Notes under the pieces: model-generated
What the model saw: only the letters and a program-made list of their open reading frames with translations
Told to the model about the DNA's origin: nothing
The model's database searches: none
NCBI GenBank assembly: GCA_963733035.1
Contig: CAVTBU010000003.1
Location: 21,635 to 85,634 of the forward strand
DNA length: 64,000 bases
Reading direction: 5' to 3'
Origin: Pirellulales bacterium
GTDB taxonomy: Bacteria; Planctomycetota; Planctomycetia; Pirellulales; PALSA-1355
Translations under genes and position numbers: made by a program
Part shown: one piece after another, positions 10,249-20,215 of the stretch
Layout of the letters: each line of letters starts with the position of its first letter
Numbering within the stretch: position 1 is the stretch's first letter

Positions 10249-11040
10249 CTACGCGAAGTAACGCACGGCATTTTGAAACACGCGCAACCCGTCGCCGGCC
10301 TCTCGTGCCGGCTGACGGGTCCAGCGTGGATGCTGCGTGAAATCGATATGACGCTCGGGATGCGGCATCAGTCCGCAGACCCTGCCCGTGACGTCGCACA
10401 CGCCCGCCACGTCGGCCAGCGAGCCGTTGGGGTTCTCGGGATACGGGACCCGCGGTTCCATCCGCGCACTCTCGCCGACCTTCGTGCCGTAGCGCAACAC
10501 GAGCTGCCCGCCGGCATCGAGCTCGCCGAGCACTTGCTGGTCGCGCGGTACAAACTTTCCCTCGGCGTGGGCGATTGGCAGATACATTTGCTCGATGTTG
10601 CTGAAGAACACGCTCTTGCCGCCGCAGGTGACCAGCGGCACCCAACGGTCCTCGAATTTGCCAGAGTCGTTCCAAGTGAGCGTGGCCGGTGCTGAAGTGT
10701 CGTCTTGCAATGGCAACAGCACGCCGCTCTTGATCAACACTTGAAAACCGTTGCAGATTCCCAGGATCAACTTGCCGGCGGCGTGGAATTCGCGCAGGCA
10801 GCCAAACAGGTGGTGGCGGATCTGGTTTCCGAGAATGCGCCCGGCGGCCACGTCGTCGCCATAGCTGAAGCCCCCGGGCACGCAGAGGATCTGAAAATCG
10901 TTTACGAGCGCGGACGATTCGAGTAGCCGATTCACGTGCAACCGCTGGGCGAGTCCACCGGCGCGCTCGAAGGCGAACGCGGTTTCCTCGTCGCAGTTCG
11001 TACCGGGGGCTCGCAAGATTAGCACGCGTGGTTGTGCCAT
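10249..11040 (-). CDS. purQ: FGAM synthase glutaminase subunit
   Basis: PGTNCD, PGGFSYGD, catalytic GICNGFQ, AHAEG, NPNGS and GLMPHPER. Confidence 0.95.
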   Translation of the reverse strand: MAQPRVLILRAPGTNCDEETAFAFERAGGLAQRLHVNRLLESSALVNDFQILCVPGGFSYGDDVAAGRILGNQIRHHLFGCLREFHAAGKLILGICNGFQVLIKSGVLLPLQDDTSAPATLTWNDSGKFEDRWVPLVTCGGKSVFFSNIEQMYLPIAHAEGKFVPRDQQVLGELDAGGQLVLRYGTKVGESARMEPRVPYPENPNGSLADVAGVCDVTGRVCGLMPHPERHIDFTQHPRWTRQPAREAGDGLRVFQNAVRYFA

Positions 11041-11076
11041 GAACGTCGACCAACAGTTCTTCGGGGTTTGCTGTGC

Positions 11077-14025
11077 TTAGGTCCAATCCAGCGGTGCCAG
11101 CCAGGCCGCCTTCAGGCGGTCGAGGCCAACGACCATCACGGGGTGTCCGGCGTGCGACACCTGTAAGTCTTGCTGGGCAATCACTTCGCCGAGCCGGCCG
11201 AACGGAACGCCCTCGAGTTGCTTCTCGAACGCAGCGGCCTGCTCGGGCGGAACTTCGCACAGGAAACGGGTGTTCGATTCGGAAAACAAGAGCACGGCCG
11301 CCGTGTGTGGATCGCTGGCGGTTGTGTGCGGCACGGCGGCCAGGTCGACTTTGGCTCCCAGCCCTCCTGCAAAAGCCATTTCGGCAAGGGCCACGGCCAG
11401 GCCACCTTCGCTGAGGTCATGACACGACCGCACTCGCCCGGCGGTGATCGCGGCATGCACGGCGTCGAACGTTTGTTTGGCGACTTGAGCGTCGACGCGC
11501 GGCACCTGGCCGCCGGGCAGATGGTGGATGGCGGCAAAGTGCGAGCCGCCTAGCTCGTCATGCGTCGTGCCGACGAGATAGATGTAGTTGCCCGCTGCCT
11601 TGAGGTCCATGGTGACGGCTCGGGCGACGTCGTCGATCTGCCCGAGCGCGCTGATCAGCAGCGACGGCGGAATGCCGATCGATTGGGTTTGGCCCGCCTG
11701 GTCGACGTAGCGGAATTCGTTGTTGAGGCTGTCCTTGCCGCTGATGAACGGCGTGCCCAGGGCCACGGCCAGATCGTGACAGGCCAAGGCCGCGCGAACC
11801 AACGAACCCAAGGTTTGCGGTCGGTCGGTGTTGCCCCAGCAGAAGTTGTCGAGGATAGCGATACGGCTCGGATCGGCTCCCACGGCCACGCAGTTTCGCA
11901 GGGCCTCGTCGATGGCGCTGGCGGCCATGTGATAGGTGTCGAAATCGCCAAAGCGGGGATTCATGCCGCACGCCACGACCACACCGCGCCGGGAATTGAG
12001 CACCGGCCGCACCACGGCGGCGTCACTCGGACCGTCGTTGTTTACGCCCACGAGCGGCTTGACGACGCTGCCGCCTTGTACCTCGTGGTCGTACTGGCGG
12101 ATTACCCAGTGTTTGCTGGCTACGTTGAGCGATCCGAGGATCCGCGTGAGCGATTCGGTGAGGTTGGTTCCGGCCTCGGCGGTGATGCGCAGCGGTTCGA
12201 CACCGGGAGGATCGTAGGATGCCTCGCGGACCACGGGCGGTCGGCCGTCGTGGAGAAACTCCATCGACAGTTCGCCCACCACGTGTTCGCCGAATTTCAA
12301 TTGCAGCCGGCCGGTGGGCACGAACTGGCCGATGACGGTTGCCTCCACGCCTTCGCGGGCGGCCAGCTCGCAAAACTCCGTCCACTTATCAGGCGGCACG
12401 GCCAAGACCATCCGCTCCTGGGCTTCGGAGATCCAGATTTCCGTGTAGGAGAGGCCTTCGTATTTGAGCGGAGCTTTGTCGAGCCACACTTCGGCGCCGA
12501 TTTTTTCGCCCATCTCGCCCACGGCACTCGAAAAACCGCCAGCGCCGCAATCGGTCACGGCGTTGAAGAGCCCCCGATCGCGGGCTTGCAGCAGGACGTC
12601 GAGCACCATCTTCTCAGTGATGGCGTTGCCGATCTGCACGGCACCGCCCGAGAGGCTTTCGCTTTCGTGCGTCAATTCGGCCGAACTGAACGTGGCGCCG
12701 TGAATCCCGTCGCGACCCGTGCGTCCGCCGAGGGCCACCACGTAGTCGCCCGGTTTCACCTCCTTGAAGGATTTGTCGCGCGGAATCAGGCCGACGTTGC
12801 CGCAATAGACCAGCGGATTGCCGAGGTAACGCCGGTCGAAGTAGATCGCTCCGTTGACCGTCGGAATGCCCATGCGATTGCCGTAGTCGCGCACGCCCGA
12901 GACGACGCCCTGCATGACGCGCTTGGGGTGCAAAGCTCCTGTGGGAATTGCCGCCGCGGGGGTATCGGGCGGGGCGAAGCAGAACACGTCGGTGTTGCAA
13001 ATTGGCTTGGCGCCGAGTCCCGTGCCAAGCGGGTCGCGGATCACGCCGCCAATGCCCGTGTTGGCGCCGCCGTAGGGTTCGAGCGCCGAGGGATGATTGT
13101 GCGTTTCGACCTTGAAGACGATGTTGTAGTCGTCATCGAAGCGGACGACCCCGGCGTTGTCGGCGAACACGCTCACGCACCAGTCCTGCTCGCCGAGCGA
13201 TTGCCGGATTGTGTTCGTGGCGGCGAAAATGGTTTCCTTGAGCATATTGCCGAACGACCGCGGGCCGTCGGGCCCACGGTAGGCGATGCGGCCGGCCAGC
13301 GTTTTGTGGCTGCAGTGCTCGCTCCAGGTTTGGGCGACCGTTTCCAGTTCGATGTCGGTTGGATCGCGGTCGAGCTGGCGGAAGTGAGCCTGGATGGTCT
13401 GCATTTCGACGAGTGACAGATATAGCTGTCCCTCGCGGCTGAGTCGCACGAGGGCATCGTCGTCGAGCGACCGGAACGGCACGCGGACGAGCTCGAATCT
13501 GTACGGCGAACCAAGTTCCAGATGATCGAACGGCAGGCCGCCCACGATCACCTGTTCGATGGCATCGTTGGCCAGCACCTTGGCGCAAATCAGCTTCAGG
13601 TCGTCGTCGCTGATTTCGGCAAACCAATATTTCCGCAGCGTTCGCACGGCATCTGGTTTTCGTCCGAAGTCGGCGATCGCCGTCATGGCGCTTTGCGCAA
13701 CGGGGTCCATTACTCCCGGCTTGGGGAGCACGTGCACCACGCTGCGATGCCCTGGAGCACTGTCGAGTCCGGCGGCCAGCGGGTCGACGAGGCGGTGGTC
13801 GCCGACCGGAGCGATGACAGCCCGCTCAACGACGCTATCAGCGAGCAAATGGCGGCTGATGCGACCGACTTCGATGTCGTCGAGGTCTCCCTGGATCAAG
13901 TATCCGGTGGCGGCGGACGCGACGAGTCCGTCGGGAAGCCCCAATTCCATGGCCGCGGCAGCAGCGCTCTCCGCGGCTCGATTGGGTTGGCCGGCGGCCG
14001 GATAGATGTCAACTTCCCACAGCAT
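11077..14025 (-). CDS. purL: FGAM synthase subunit PurL with two N-terminal PurS-like repeats
   Basis: [50 protein letters not shown] and HDLSEGG. True start taken as ATG 14025 (MLWEVDIYP); the ORF-track extension to 14262 overlaps tyrA. Confidence 0.93.
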   Translation of the reverse strand: MLWEVDIYPAAGQPNRAAESAAAAAMELGLPDGLVASAATGYLIQGDLDDIEVGRISRHLLADSVVERAVIAPVGDHRLVDPLAAGLDSAPGHRSVVHVLPKPGVMDPVAQSAMTAIADFGRKPDAVRTLRKYWFAEISDDDLKLICAKVLANDAIEQVIVGGLPFDHLELGSPYRFELVRVPFRSLDDDALVRLSREGQLYLSLVEMQTIQAHFRQLDRDPTDIELETVAQTWSEHCSHKTLAGRIAYRGPDGPRSFGNMLKETIFAATNTIRQSLGEQDWCVSVFADNAGVVRFDDDYNIVFKVETHNHPSALEPYGGANTGIGGVIRDPLGTGLGAKPICNTDVFCFAPPDTPAAAIPTGALHPKRVMQGVVSGVRDYGNRMGIPTVNGAIYFDRRYLGNPLVYCGNVGLIPRDKSFKEVKPGDYVVALGGRTGRDGIHGATFSSAELTHESESLSGGAVQIGNAITEKMVLDVLLQARDRGLFNAVTDCGAGGFSSAVGEMGEKIGAEVWLDKAPLKYEGLSYTEIWISEAQERMVLAVPPDKWTEFCELAAREGVEATVIGQFVPTGRLQLKFGEHVVGELSMEFLHDGRPPVVREASYDPPGVEPLRITAEAGTNLTESLTRILGSLNVASKHWVIRQYDHEVQGGSVVKPLVGVNNDGPSDAAVVRPVLNSRRGVVVACGMNPRFGDFDTYHMAASAIDEALRNCVAVGADPSRIAILDNFCWGNTDRPQTLGSLVRAALACHDLAVALGTPFISGKDSLNNEFRYVDQAGQTQSIGIPPSLLISALGQIDDVARAVTMDLKAAGNYIYLVGTTHDELGGSHFAAIHHLPGGQVPRVDAQVAKQTFDAVHAAITAGRVRSCHDLSEGGLAVALAEMAFAGGLGAKVDLAAVPHTTASDPHTAAVLLFSESNTRFLCEVPPEQAAAFEKQLEGVPFGRLGEVIAQQDLQVSHAGHPVMVVGLDRLKAAWLAPLDWT

Positions 14026-14868
14026 CGCGGATGCGCTTGGCCTCAGTAAGGAGTCGTTCCAGTTCTGCAGCGTCCCGTGCCTCGATTGCATGACGCCAGG
14101 CTTCGAGCAGGGTCGAAAACTCGGCGAATGCCGCCAGCAGGTTTTCCCGATTCGCCAGCATGATCTGTCGCCACAGCGCCGGATCGCCGGCGGCAATGCG
14201 GGTCGTGTCCTGCCATCCGCCAGCCGTAAGCGTAACGTACCGCTCGGGCGTCGTGCCCGCAATGGCCGCGGCTACCAGGTGTGGCAGGTGACTGGTGACG
14301 GCCAGGGCTCGATCGTGCTCGTCGGCCGGCATTTCGACGACTTTGGCACCCACAGCGGCCCAGAATTCGTTCAGGCGACGGACGTCATCTGGGCGCGAAG
14401 TTTTCACCGGCGTGACCACGACGGTTCGACCCGCGAACAGCTCGGCGGTCGCATGCTGAGGTCCCTTTTTTTCGTTTCCCGCCAGCGGATGGCTGCCGAT
14501 GAAACGAACGTCGGTTGGCCAATTTGCCTCCGTGGCGGCGTTGGTTAGTTCGGAGACAATGGCGCCCTTGGTACTGCCGGCATCGGTGACGAGCGTTCCC
14601 GGATCACAATGCGGGGCCAGTTGCTTGACTTGCTGAACGATATGATCGACCGGGCGCAGACGACGACCAACTGGCTGCCGGCGACGGCTTGTTTCGCATC
14701 CGTGGCGACTTCGGTGATCGCGCCGAGTTGTTGGGCAGATTCGAGCGTCGCCTGACGCGAGCCGTAACCCACCACGCGGAGTTTGGCGTCACGTCGGCGC
14801 AGCGCCAAACCGATCGATCCCCCGATCAGACCCACGCCAACGACGGTGACGGAACGCACGGTATTCAT
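14009..14868 (-). CDS. tyrA: Prephenate/arogenate dehydrogenase (one frameshift at ~14653)
   Basis: Rossmann motif GVGLIGGS. After adding one base at the GGG run 14652-14654 the frame reads CAPVDHI...TDAGSTK...GSHPLAG...[14 protein letters not shown]...DTTRIA. Confidence 0.88.
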
Positions 14869-14985
14869 TTGGAGAAGCGGCGATTGTAGCAGATTGGGCG
14901 CAGACTGTGCAGGCGGGGGCATGCCAGAGCAGAAGCGAAACTCGAGTGCCAGAACGTCGATTCGGATGGCGCCGCCTGTCGCCTG

Positions 14986-16365
14986 TTACGGCAACAGTTC
15001 GTCGACATCGTCTTTTTTGGGGGCGCTTAGCAGGGCGCGGTTCTTGGCGAGGAACTGCCCCAGGAAATCACTCAAGGCGTAGGCCGGCGCGGCCCCGACG
15101 GTTTCCCTGGCCGCCAGATTCTCGACGCCCAGCACGTCGGCTTCGGCCTGCATGAGCTGCTTCTTGGCCGACGCCTCGCGCTGGGCAATGAGCGGCATGT
15201 AGGCCGACTTGCAGGCTTCGACGCATTGGGCGTGAATCTCAGCCGGCAGCCGGACGTTCTGCAGCGTCACTTCGTGTACTTCGATGCCATACTGCGAGAC
15301 GCGCTCGCGCAAGGCACCATAAATCCGGCCGGCCAAATTGTCGGTGCCCGAGCGGTAGCCCCGATCGGTTGGTGAAAACTGGGCGTTTTCGGGAACGTTT
15401 ACCTGCAACTTCTGCCGCAGGTCGGGCGGCAAATCTTCGGCTACCTGATCGGCCACAAGCAAGCCCGTGTTGAGCCGCGAGACGACAGCGCGGGTTTGTT
15501 CCTCGGCGGTCCAACGGAGCCATTCGACGGCCAGCGCCATTTTGCGGCGCGATTCGACTTCGTAACGGGGTATGCCTGCTTCGTGCATTTGCTTGAGCTC
15601 GCTCTTGAGCTCCGGCCGCTGCCCGACTTTGCTGACGTCGCTGCTAACCAGCAGATAGAAATGCTCCAGCGAGACGATGCGCCATTTAATGGTGCCACGC
15701 ACGGTGATCGGCAGGTACTCGCGGGTCAGGACGTCTTCGTCCTCGAAGATGAGCGACTGCGGTTCGAGCGGCACGCGGAGCGCGATTTCCTCGCCGAGCA
15801 TGTGGCGAATCAGCTTGATACCGCCGCCGTCGTGCAGGTTGTCGTCGACATAGTGCACGACCTTGTTGCGCAGAATGAGAATGCCTTGCGTCGGGTTCCA
15901 GCCGACCAGGCTCATCAGACCGAACAGCAGCGACTGGTCTCCCTTGCGAATGACTCGCGACTTGGCAGTCAACAGGATGATGCCGTGCACGGCCAGCACG
16001 AGCGAGGCGAGCATCAGGAAGCTAATCGCGAGCCACCCCAAGAAGGGGACCAAGGCCACGACACCCATGCACAACAAAAACAGCAGCGCCCACAGCATGA
16101 AATAGATCAAGAGCACCTGGCCGATGCCGGTGGTCGTGGGGTAACCTCGCTCGGCCTGGGAAAAACCCTCGATCGGTCCGATGCGGGCGTCGGGCGGGGC
16201 GAGGATGGGGTCGGCGAATTTGCGGGGAACATTGTCGAGCGTGGCCGGCATCTGCGCGGGTACCTCGATCGGTCGTCCGCACTTGGGACAAGGATAACGC
16301 TTTCCGACCTGATCGTCCCGAGCGGCGACGCGCTGACCACACGAACAACGGAGTTCAACCGGCAT
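14986..16365 (-). CDS. SPFH/band-7 domain membrane protein with N-terminal Zn ribbon
   Basis: CSCG...CPKC, two TM helices, then SPFH-like VLTREYLPITVRGTIKWRI and YGIEVHEVTLQNVRLP. Start at ATG 16365 after GGAGA. Confidence 0.7.
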   Translation of the reverse strand: MPVELRCSCGQRVAARDDQVGKRYPCPKCGRPIEVPAQMPATLDNVPRKFADPILAPPDARIGPIEGFSQAERGYPTTTGIGQVLLIYFMLWALLFLLCMGVVALVPFLGWLAISFLMLASLVLAVHGIILLTAKSRVIRKGDQSLLFGLMSLVGWNPTQGILILRNKVVHYVDDNLHDGGGIKLIRHMLGEEIALRVPLEPQSLIFEDEDVLTREYLPITVRGTIKWRIVSLEHFYLLVSSDVSKVGQRPELKSELKQMHEAGIPRYEVESRRKMALAVEWLRWTAEEQTRAVVSRLNTGLLVADQVAEDLPPDLRQKLQVNVPENAQFSPTDRGYRSGTDNLAGRIYGALRERVSQYGIEVHEVTLQNVRLPAEIHAQCVEACKSAYMPLIAQREASAKKQLMQAEADVLGVENLAARETVGAAPAYALSDFLGQFLAKNRALLSAPKKDDVDELLP

Positions 16366-16606
16366 CAATTTCTCCCTGGCCGGGCGGACTTCGCGTCCCG
16401 CCGGCCGGAACTTGGCGGAGGGGCGAAATCCTCCTGATGGACAGTACATTCAACTCTAGGAGAGGGCCGTGGCCTTTGCAAGCAAGGCGCGACCGAGGAC
16501 CAGGCGGCGGCCAGTGCCGGAACAGCGGTATGAAACCCGATCGGCAAGTCCCGCTCATTTCGCTAACCGACAAAGCCGGGTATTCTGGAGTCAGGAGAAT
16601 ACGATC

Positions 16607-17650
16607 ATGATCGGCCAGGCGCGGATCGGGACCAAAACGCTCGCCAACCTATGCCGGCGGCTGGCGATTTCGCTTTCGGCGGGTGTCGACGTACGCAACG
16701 TTTGGATGCGCGAGGCCGGCAGCGCGCATGGGGCCGCACGCAGGCACTTTGGCCAAATCCGTAGCGCCGTGGCCCGCGGTTCGACAATCAGTGACGCGCT
16801 CGACGAGACCGGCAACTACTTTCCCGAGTTCTTTCGCGAAATGGTTCGTGTCGGCGAGGAGACGGGCAACCTGCCGGAAGTGTTTCGCCAACTGGCCGAA
16901 AACTACGAGCACCAGTTGCAGATGCGGCGAACGTTGCTGACCGCAATCTCCTGGCCGATGATTGAGTTGGGACTGGCGCTCGGCGTGGTGGGGCTGGTCA
17001 TCTTTGCGATGGGGGCCATTCCGCAGCTTGCCAAATCGAATATCGACATGCTGGGGCTGGGGCTCAAAGGCACCAGTGGGCTGATCGTCTATCTCGCGGT
17101 GCTGGCGGCGATCGCGGGAGGGTTGGCCGCGCTTTATCGTGCCGCCGTCCGCGGCGCGCTATGGACCACGCCGATTCAACGCGCGCTGATGAACGTGCCG
17201 AAGCTGGGCACCGCGATGGAGACATTTGCCCTGGCACGGCTGACCTGGGCGATGCACGTGACGCTCAACTCCGGGATGGAACTGCGCAAAGCCATGGCGC
17301 TTTCGCTACGGAGCACGCAAAACGTGCTCTACACGCAACACGTCGATCGCGTCCTACGTTCCATTCGGGCAGGCAACGAGATTCACGAAGCACTGGACGA
17401 CACGCGCGTGTTTCCGCCGGGCTTTGTCGACGCGGTGCACGTGGGCGAGCAGAGCGGCATGCTGTCTGAAACGATGGCCAATCTGTCGACCCAATATCAG
17501 GCCGAAGCCCGGCTGGCGATGACGGTGATTACCGCGGCCTTGGGGTTCCTGGTGTTTGTGCTGATCGCCGGGATCATCATCTTCTTCATCTATCAGATCT
17601 TTATGAATGCCTACCTGGGGCCCATCAACGATGCGCTCAAGCCGATTTAG
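16607..17650 (+). CDS. Type II secretion / type IV pilus platform protein (GspF/PilC family)
   Basis: Duplicated T2SSF repeats (MVRVGEETGNLPEVFRQLA and AVHVGEQSGMLSETMANLS) with TM helices. AGGAG RBS before ATG 16607. Confidence 0.88.
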   Translation: MIGQARIGTKTLANLCRRLAISLSAGVDVRNVWMREAGSAHGAARRHFGQIRSAVARGSTISDALDETGNYFPEFFREMVRVGEETGNLPEVFRQLAENYEHQLQMRRTLLTAISWPMIELGLALGVVGLVIFAMGAIPQLAKSNIDMLGLGLKGTSGLIVYLAVLAAIAGGLAALYRAAVRGALWTTPIQRALMNVPKLGTAMETFALARLTWAMHVTLNSGMELRKAMALSLRSTQNVLYTQHVDRVLRSIRAGNEIHEALDDTRVFPPGFVDAVHVGEQSGMLSETMANLSTQYQAEARLAMTVITAALGFLVFVLIAGIIIFFIYQIFMNAYLGPINDALKPI

Positions 17651-17660
17651 CGGGCGGCTT

Positions 17661-17699
17661 GGACTGGTTCGCTTGAAGCGGGGGCAGCAGTCCTTTTTT
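17661..17699 (+). terminator. Possible intrinsic terminator between convergent GspF and MFS genes
   Basis: GGACTG...CAGTCC imperfect stem followed by TTTTTT. Confidence 0.4.
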
Positions 17700-17754
17700 C
17701 GACGTTTTTCGCGGCTGCGAAGCAAAGAGATTCCCGTCGAAATCTCGCCGGGCT

Positions 17755-19068
17755 TCAGGCCGTGATGCCTGCTTCGTCACGCTTTGGCGCGGTTGCCCAA
17801 AGAGACAACAGGGCCAAGGGCAGCGGCAGAAGGCCGAACAGCAGTAGCGCCGGCCCGAAGTTGCCGGCGCCGTCGTGGATTACGCCGGCAATCAGCGGGC
17901 CCAGGCTCGACGACGCGACATTGCCAGTGGCGAGAATGCCGCGGATTTTGCCCAGGTGCAGTCGGCCGAAGAAGCGCGCAAAAAGCGGTTGCGACGCGCC
18001 GAAGAAGAGGCCCTGCGAAAAGCCGAGCAGTGCGGCGGCGACGGTGGCCGTGGCGACGGAGTTCGTGCCGCGGATGATGAAGATGCCCGTGCTCATTCCC
18101 ACCAGGCCCAGTGACAGCAACAGCCGGGCCGGCAGGTGGTCGGCAAGCGTACCGCCAACAAGTTGCATTAGGGCCAGGCTGCCGGCGAATGCGGTGAGGG
18201 CGGCCGCGGCGTCCTGGGCGTCCAGTCCGCGCTCTTGAAAGATGGGCACCAGGCAGAAGAACAGGGCCGTGTGGACGAGCGAAAAACAGGAGGTGCCGCC
18301 GGCCACAATCCAGAAGGAATACTTTCGCACGGTTTCCTCGAGCGTCAGCCCCCACCAATAGTTGGCCGGCAACTTCTGGTGTGCTTCCTCGCTGACGCCG
18401 TCGAGACGCTGCCCCATGTCTTCAGGGCGGTTGCGAAAGGTAAACCAGAAAAGCGGAAACACCACACACCAGATCGTGACCCCCAGCAGCACGTACGAGC
18501 CGCGCCAGCCCCACCGCGAAAGCAGCCACAAGTTGACCGCCGGAATGAAGAGCATGGCCATGCCCATGCCGAATTGGCGGATCCCCTCGACCATGCCCAG
18601 CCGGCACTCAAACCAATAGGGCAAGATGTTGCCGCTGGTAAATCCCAGCGCCCCGGGGCCGAGCATCCGCAACATGCAAAAGGCAAGCACCAGGGTGATC
18701 CATCCCTGGACGAAGGCCGTAACCAGGCAAGCCAGGCAGAAAAGCGTGATGGTGACGAGCGTGGTTAGACGTCCGCCATGCCGGTCCATCAGGGCCCCGA
18801 AGTAAGTGATGGGCAGTGCGCCGAGCAGCGTGCCGATCATGTAGGCACCGGTCAGCTGACTGTAACTGAGACCGAGCGCCAACCGCATCGGTTCGTTGAA
18901 AATCGAGACGCCGAACGTCTGGCCGGGGGAACTGGCCACCAGCGCCACCATCGAGAGCGGCACCATGATCCAGCCGTAGTAAAGGGTGCCAGTGCGGCGG
19001 GGGACTTGGGTGGAATTCGGTTCCAGGCAGGTATCGGTGAGCACGCTCTTCAGGTTCCAGGCAGGCAA
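17755..19068 (-). CDS. MFS transporter
   Basis: YYGW N-terminus, motif A GALMDRHGGR, about 12 TM segments and FGRLHLGKIRG. Start codon uncertain. Confidence 0.88.
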   Translation of the reverse strand: MPAWNLKSVLTDTCLEPNSTQVPRRTGTLYYGWIMVPLSMVALVASSPGQTFGVSIFNEPMRLALGLSYSQLTGAYMIGTLLGALPITYFGALMDRHGGRLTTLVTITLFCLACLVTAFVQGWITLVLAFCMLRMLGPGALGFTSGNILPYWFECRLGMVEGIRQFGMGMAMLFIPAVNLWLLSRWGWRGSYVLLGVTIWCVVFPLFWFTFRNRPEDMGQRLDGVSEEAHQKLPANYWWGLTLEETVRKYSFWIVAGGTSCFSLVHTALFFCLVPIFQERGLDAQDAAAALTAFAGSLALMQLVGGTLADHLPARLLLSLGLVGMSTGIFIIRGTNSVATATVAAALLGFSQGLFFGASQPLFARFFGRLHLGKIRGILATGNVASSSLGPLIAGVIHDGAGNFGPALLLFGLLPLPLALLSLWATAPKRDEAGITA

Positions 19069-19200
19069 TAGTTCTTGTGAACACGATCATTCACATTTTC
19101 ACCCGCTGGGACAATGCCGGATTTGGGTGGGTTCGTGGAATTCACCGAAAGCTCACGTTTCGCCGCCGGCCGACCTGCGCAAACACGCAGCGGGCAGTTT

Positions 19201-20112
19201 TTAGCGCTGTGCAAAACGTTGGGCCTGCTCGATGACGTCGACTCCCACCCGCTGGCTCCAAGCGGACATGCAGTCGACAAACACCGGGCCCGGGTGTCCC
19301 TGGGCAATCGGCCGGTCGTTGAACCGCAACACAGGCAGGATGCAGGGCGACGTGCTGGTGAGAAAGACTTCGTCGGCCGCGGCGACGTCGGCGGGCTGCA
19401 AGTCGCGATGCGCGAATGGGATGTCTAACTCCGCGGCGATCTCGAGCAGCACGGCCTGGCTGATGCCTGGCAGAACTTTTTCTGCAGGCGGTAGCAACAG
19501 TCCTTCTGCTGGCCGGTAGATCAGGATGTTGGCAGTGGTCGTCTCGAGAACCGATCCGCCTTCGTCGAGCATCAGAGCTCGACTGCCAGGCGAATGGCGA
19601 CGTGCATGAAGATCGGCCAGGTAATAGTGCATGCGGCTGCGACACTTGAGTTCCGGTGGCCAGCAGGCGGCGGGAACCTGCGCCACGTCGGCGGCTACGA
19701 GCGACTCGCCCTGTTCGAACTTTGCGGCCCACTGGGCAAAACGGAGCGGAAACGTATGCAAGCAGACCGTCGCTGCCGGCGGCTCGGCCGACATGGCCGC
19801 GTAGGGACCGGGAGTGACAAACATGGAGAGTCCCAGGTCGTCGCCGGTGGACAGCAACGGGTGATTGCGCGCTACCAACTCCAGGGCAACCTCCGCCAAC
19901 GCCTCGCGCGTGAGGCCAGCCTCGACTTCGACAATCGACAGCGAGTGGAACAACCGCTCGATATGTTGTTCGAGGCGAAACAGGCGGCCGGCGAATGTGC
20001 GAAGCTGTTCGGCGACGGCCGTGCCTTGCACAAAGCCACCATCGGAAACGGGCAGCTGGGCTTGAGCGGCGGGGACGTAGCGGCCGTTGAGATAGGCGAA
20101 GGGTTGGGGCAT
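19201..20112 (-). CDS. PLP class IV aminotransferase / aminodeoxychorismate lyase-like protein
   Basis: AYLNGRYV, E.LRTFAGRLFRLEQHIERL, candidate PLP lysine in ELKCRSR, VLPGIS and DEVFLTST. Confidence 0.85.
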   Translation of the reverse strand: MPQPFAYLNGRYVPAAQAQLPVSDGGFVQGTAVAEQLRTFAGRLFRLEQHIERLFHSLSIVEVEAGLTREALAEVALELVARNHPLLSTGDDLGLSMFVTPGPYAAMSAEPPAATVCLHTFPLRFAQWAAKFEQGESLVAADVAQVPAACWPPELKCRSRMHYYLADLHARRHSPGSRALMLDEGGSVLETTTANILIYRPAEGLLLPPAEKVLPGISQAVLLEIAAELDIPFAHRDLQPADVAAADEVFLTSTSPCILPVLRFNDRPIAQGHPGPVFVDCMSAWSQRVGVDVIEQAQRFAQR

Positions 20113-20215
20113 GTGGCGCTTGCGCTGTGAGGGACTGAGTGCGGCGGGAGTCGTCACGGGTGGACGGCCGACGCGGCAGTTTTTCGATTCTTGACCGGCA
20201 TTCGGGTTCGTTCGT

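Noticed and set aside
14026..14262. ORF-track N-terminal extensions of purL (likewise mutS to 50503, the ABC permease to 34896 and the cold-shock ORF from 43312)
   Set aside because: The extensions overlap neighbouring genes or are Arg/Pro-rich non-protein-like sequence. Downstream starts match the family N-termini.
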